A DNA stretch of 40,000 nt from Mixta intestinalis (GTDB taxonomy: Bacteria > Pseudomonadota > Gammaproteobacteria > Enterobacterales > Enterobacteriaceae), in contig NZ_CP028271.1 of the NCBI RefSeq assembly GCF_009914055.1, forward strand, positions 3,614,402-3,654,401, written 5' to 3'. This document shows positions 39,861-40,000 of this stretch, piece by piece. Each line of letters opens with the position of its first letter. The stretch's first letter is position 1. The notes under the pieces were generated by a model. It saw only the letters and a program-made list of their open reading frames with translations, was not told where the DNA came from and did no database searches. The translations under genes and the position numbers were made by a program.

Positions 39861-40000
39861 CCCTACTGCTTTATTATTTCCCGACAAAAGTGCTCTCCGT
39901 TTATCGCTATATAAATTACTATATTTCGATTTTAGTTAATAAATAATAATCAATGGCTTCTTAACATGATGAAAGCACGATAGTACATATGGTAAGGCAT

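Overview
The window joins one arm of a P2-like temperate prophage (about 1 to 11330) to an Enterobacterales chromosomal segment. By gene content this looks Erwinia/Pantoea-like, which is inference only. The prophage arm, in order: portal gene 3' end; a 585-nt non-coding cos-proximal region; a small variable cargo block at the position where P2 carries old/tin; replication endonuclease gpA; a C5-cytosine methyltransferase split over two frames; a Dam orthologue; a DEDD exonuclease; a TerB plus membrane-peptide insert; Cox, C repressor and integrase. The prophage abuts the cpxP terminator. The host part is cpxP / cpxRA, trmL, cysE, gpsA, secB, grxC, yibN, envC, yibQ, a two-gene glycosyltransferase module, tdh-kbl, then an LPS core (waa) cluster: hldD-waaF-waaC, GT2, waaL, a deacetylase, GT4, a divergent GT9, GT2, waaQ, a frame-disrupted WaaG/WabG-like GT4, waaA, waaE/kdtX and coaD. 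No CRISPR array, rRNA or tRNA was seen. The best candidate for something undescribed is the cos-to-gpA cargo. It holds a membrane-anchored DUF4760-like protein that starts directly behind a promoter / 11-codon ORF / terminator unit, next to an orphan adenine methyltransferase and a 61-aa membrane peptide. Other points of interest: the split cytosine methyltransferase with a triple LAGWPTPT repeat, the TerB insert, an 18-nt repeat shared by the lysis-lysogeny switch and the att region, and the broken core glycosyltransferase. All family assignments come from motif recognition by eye. No searches were run.
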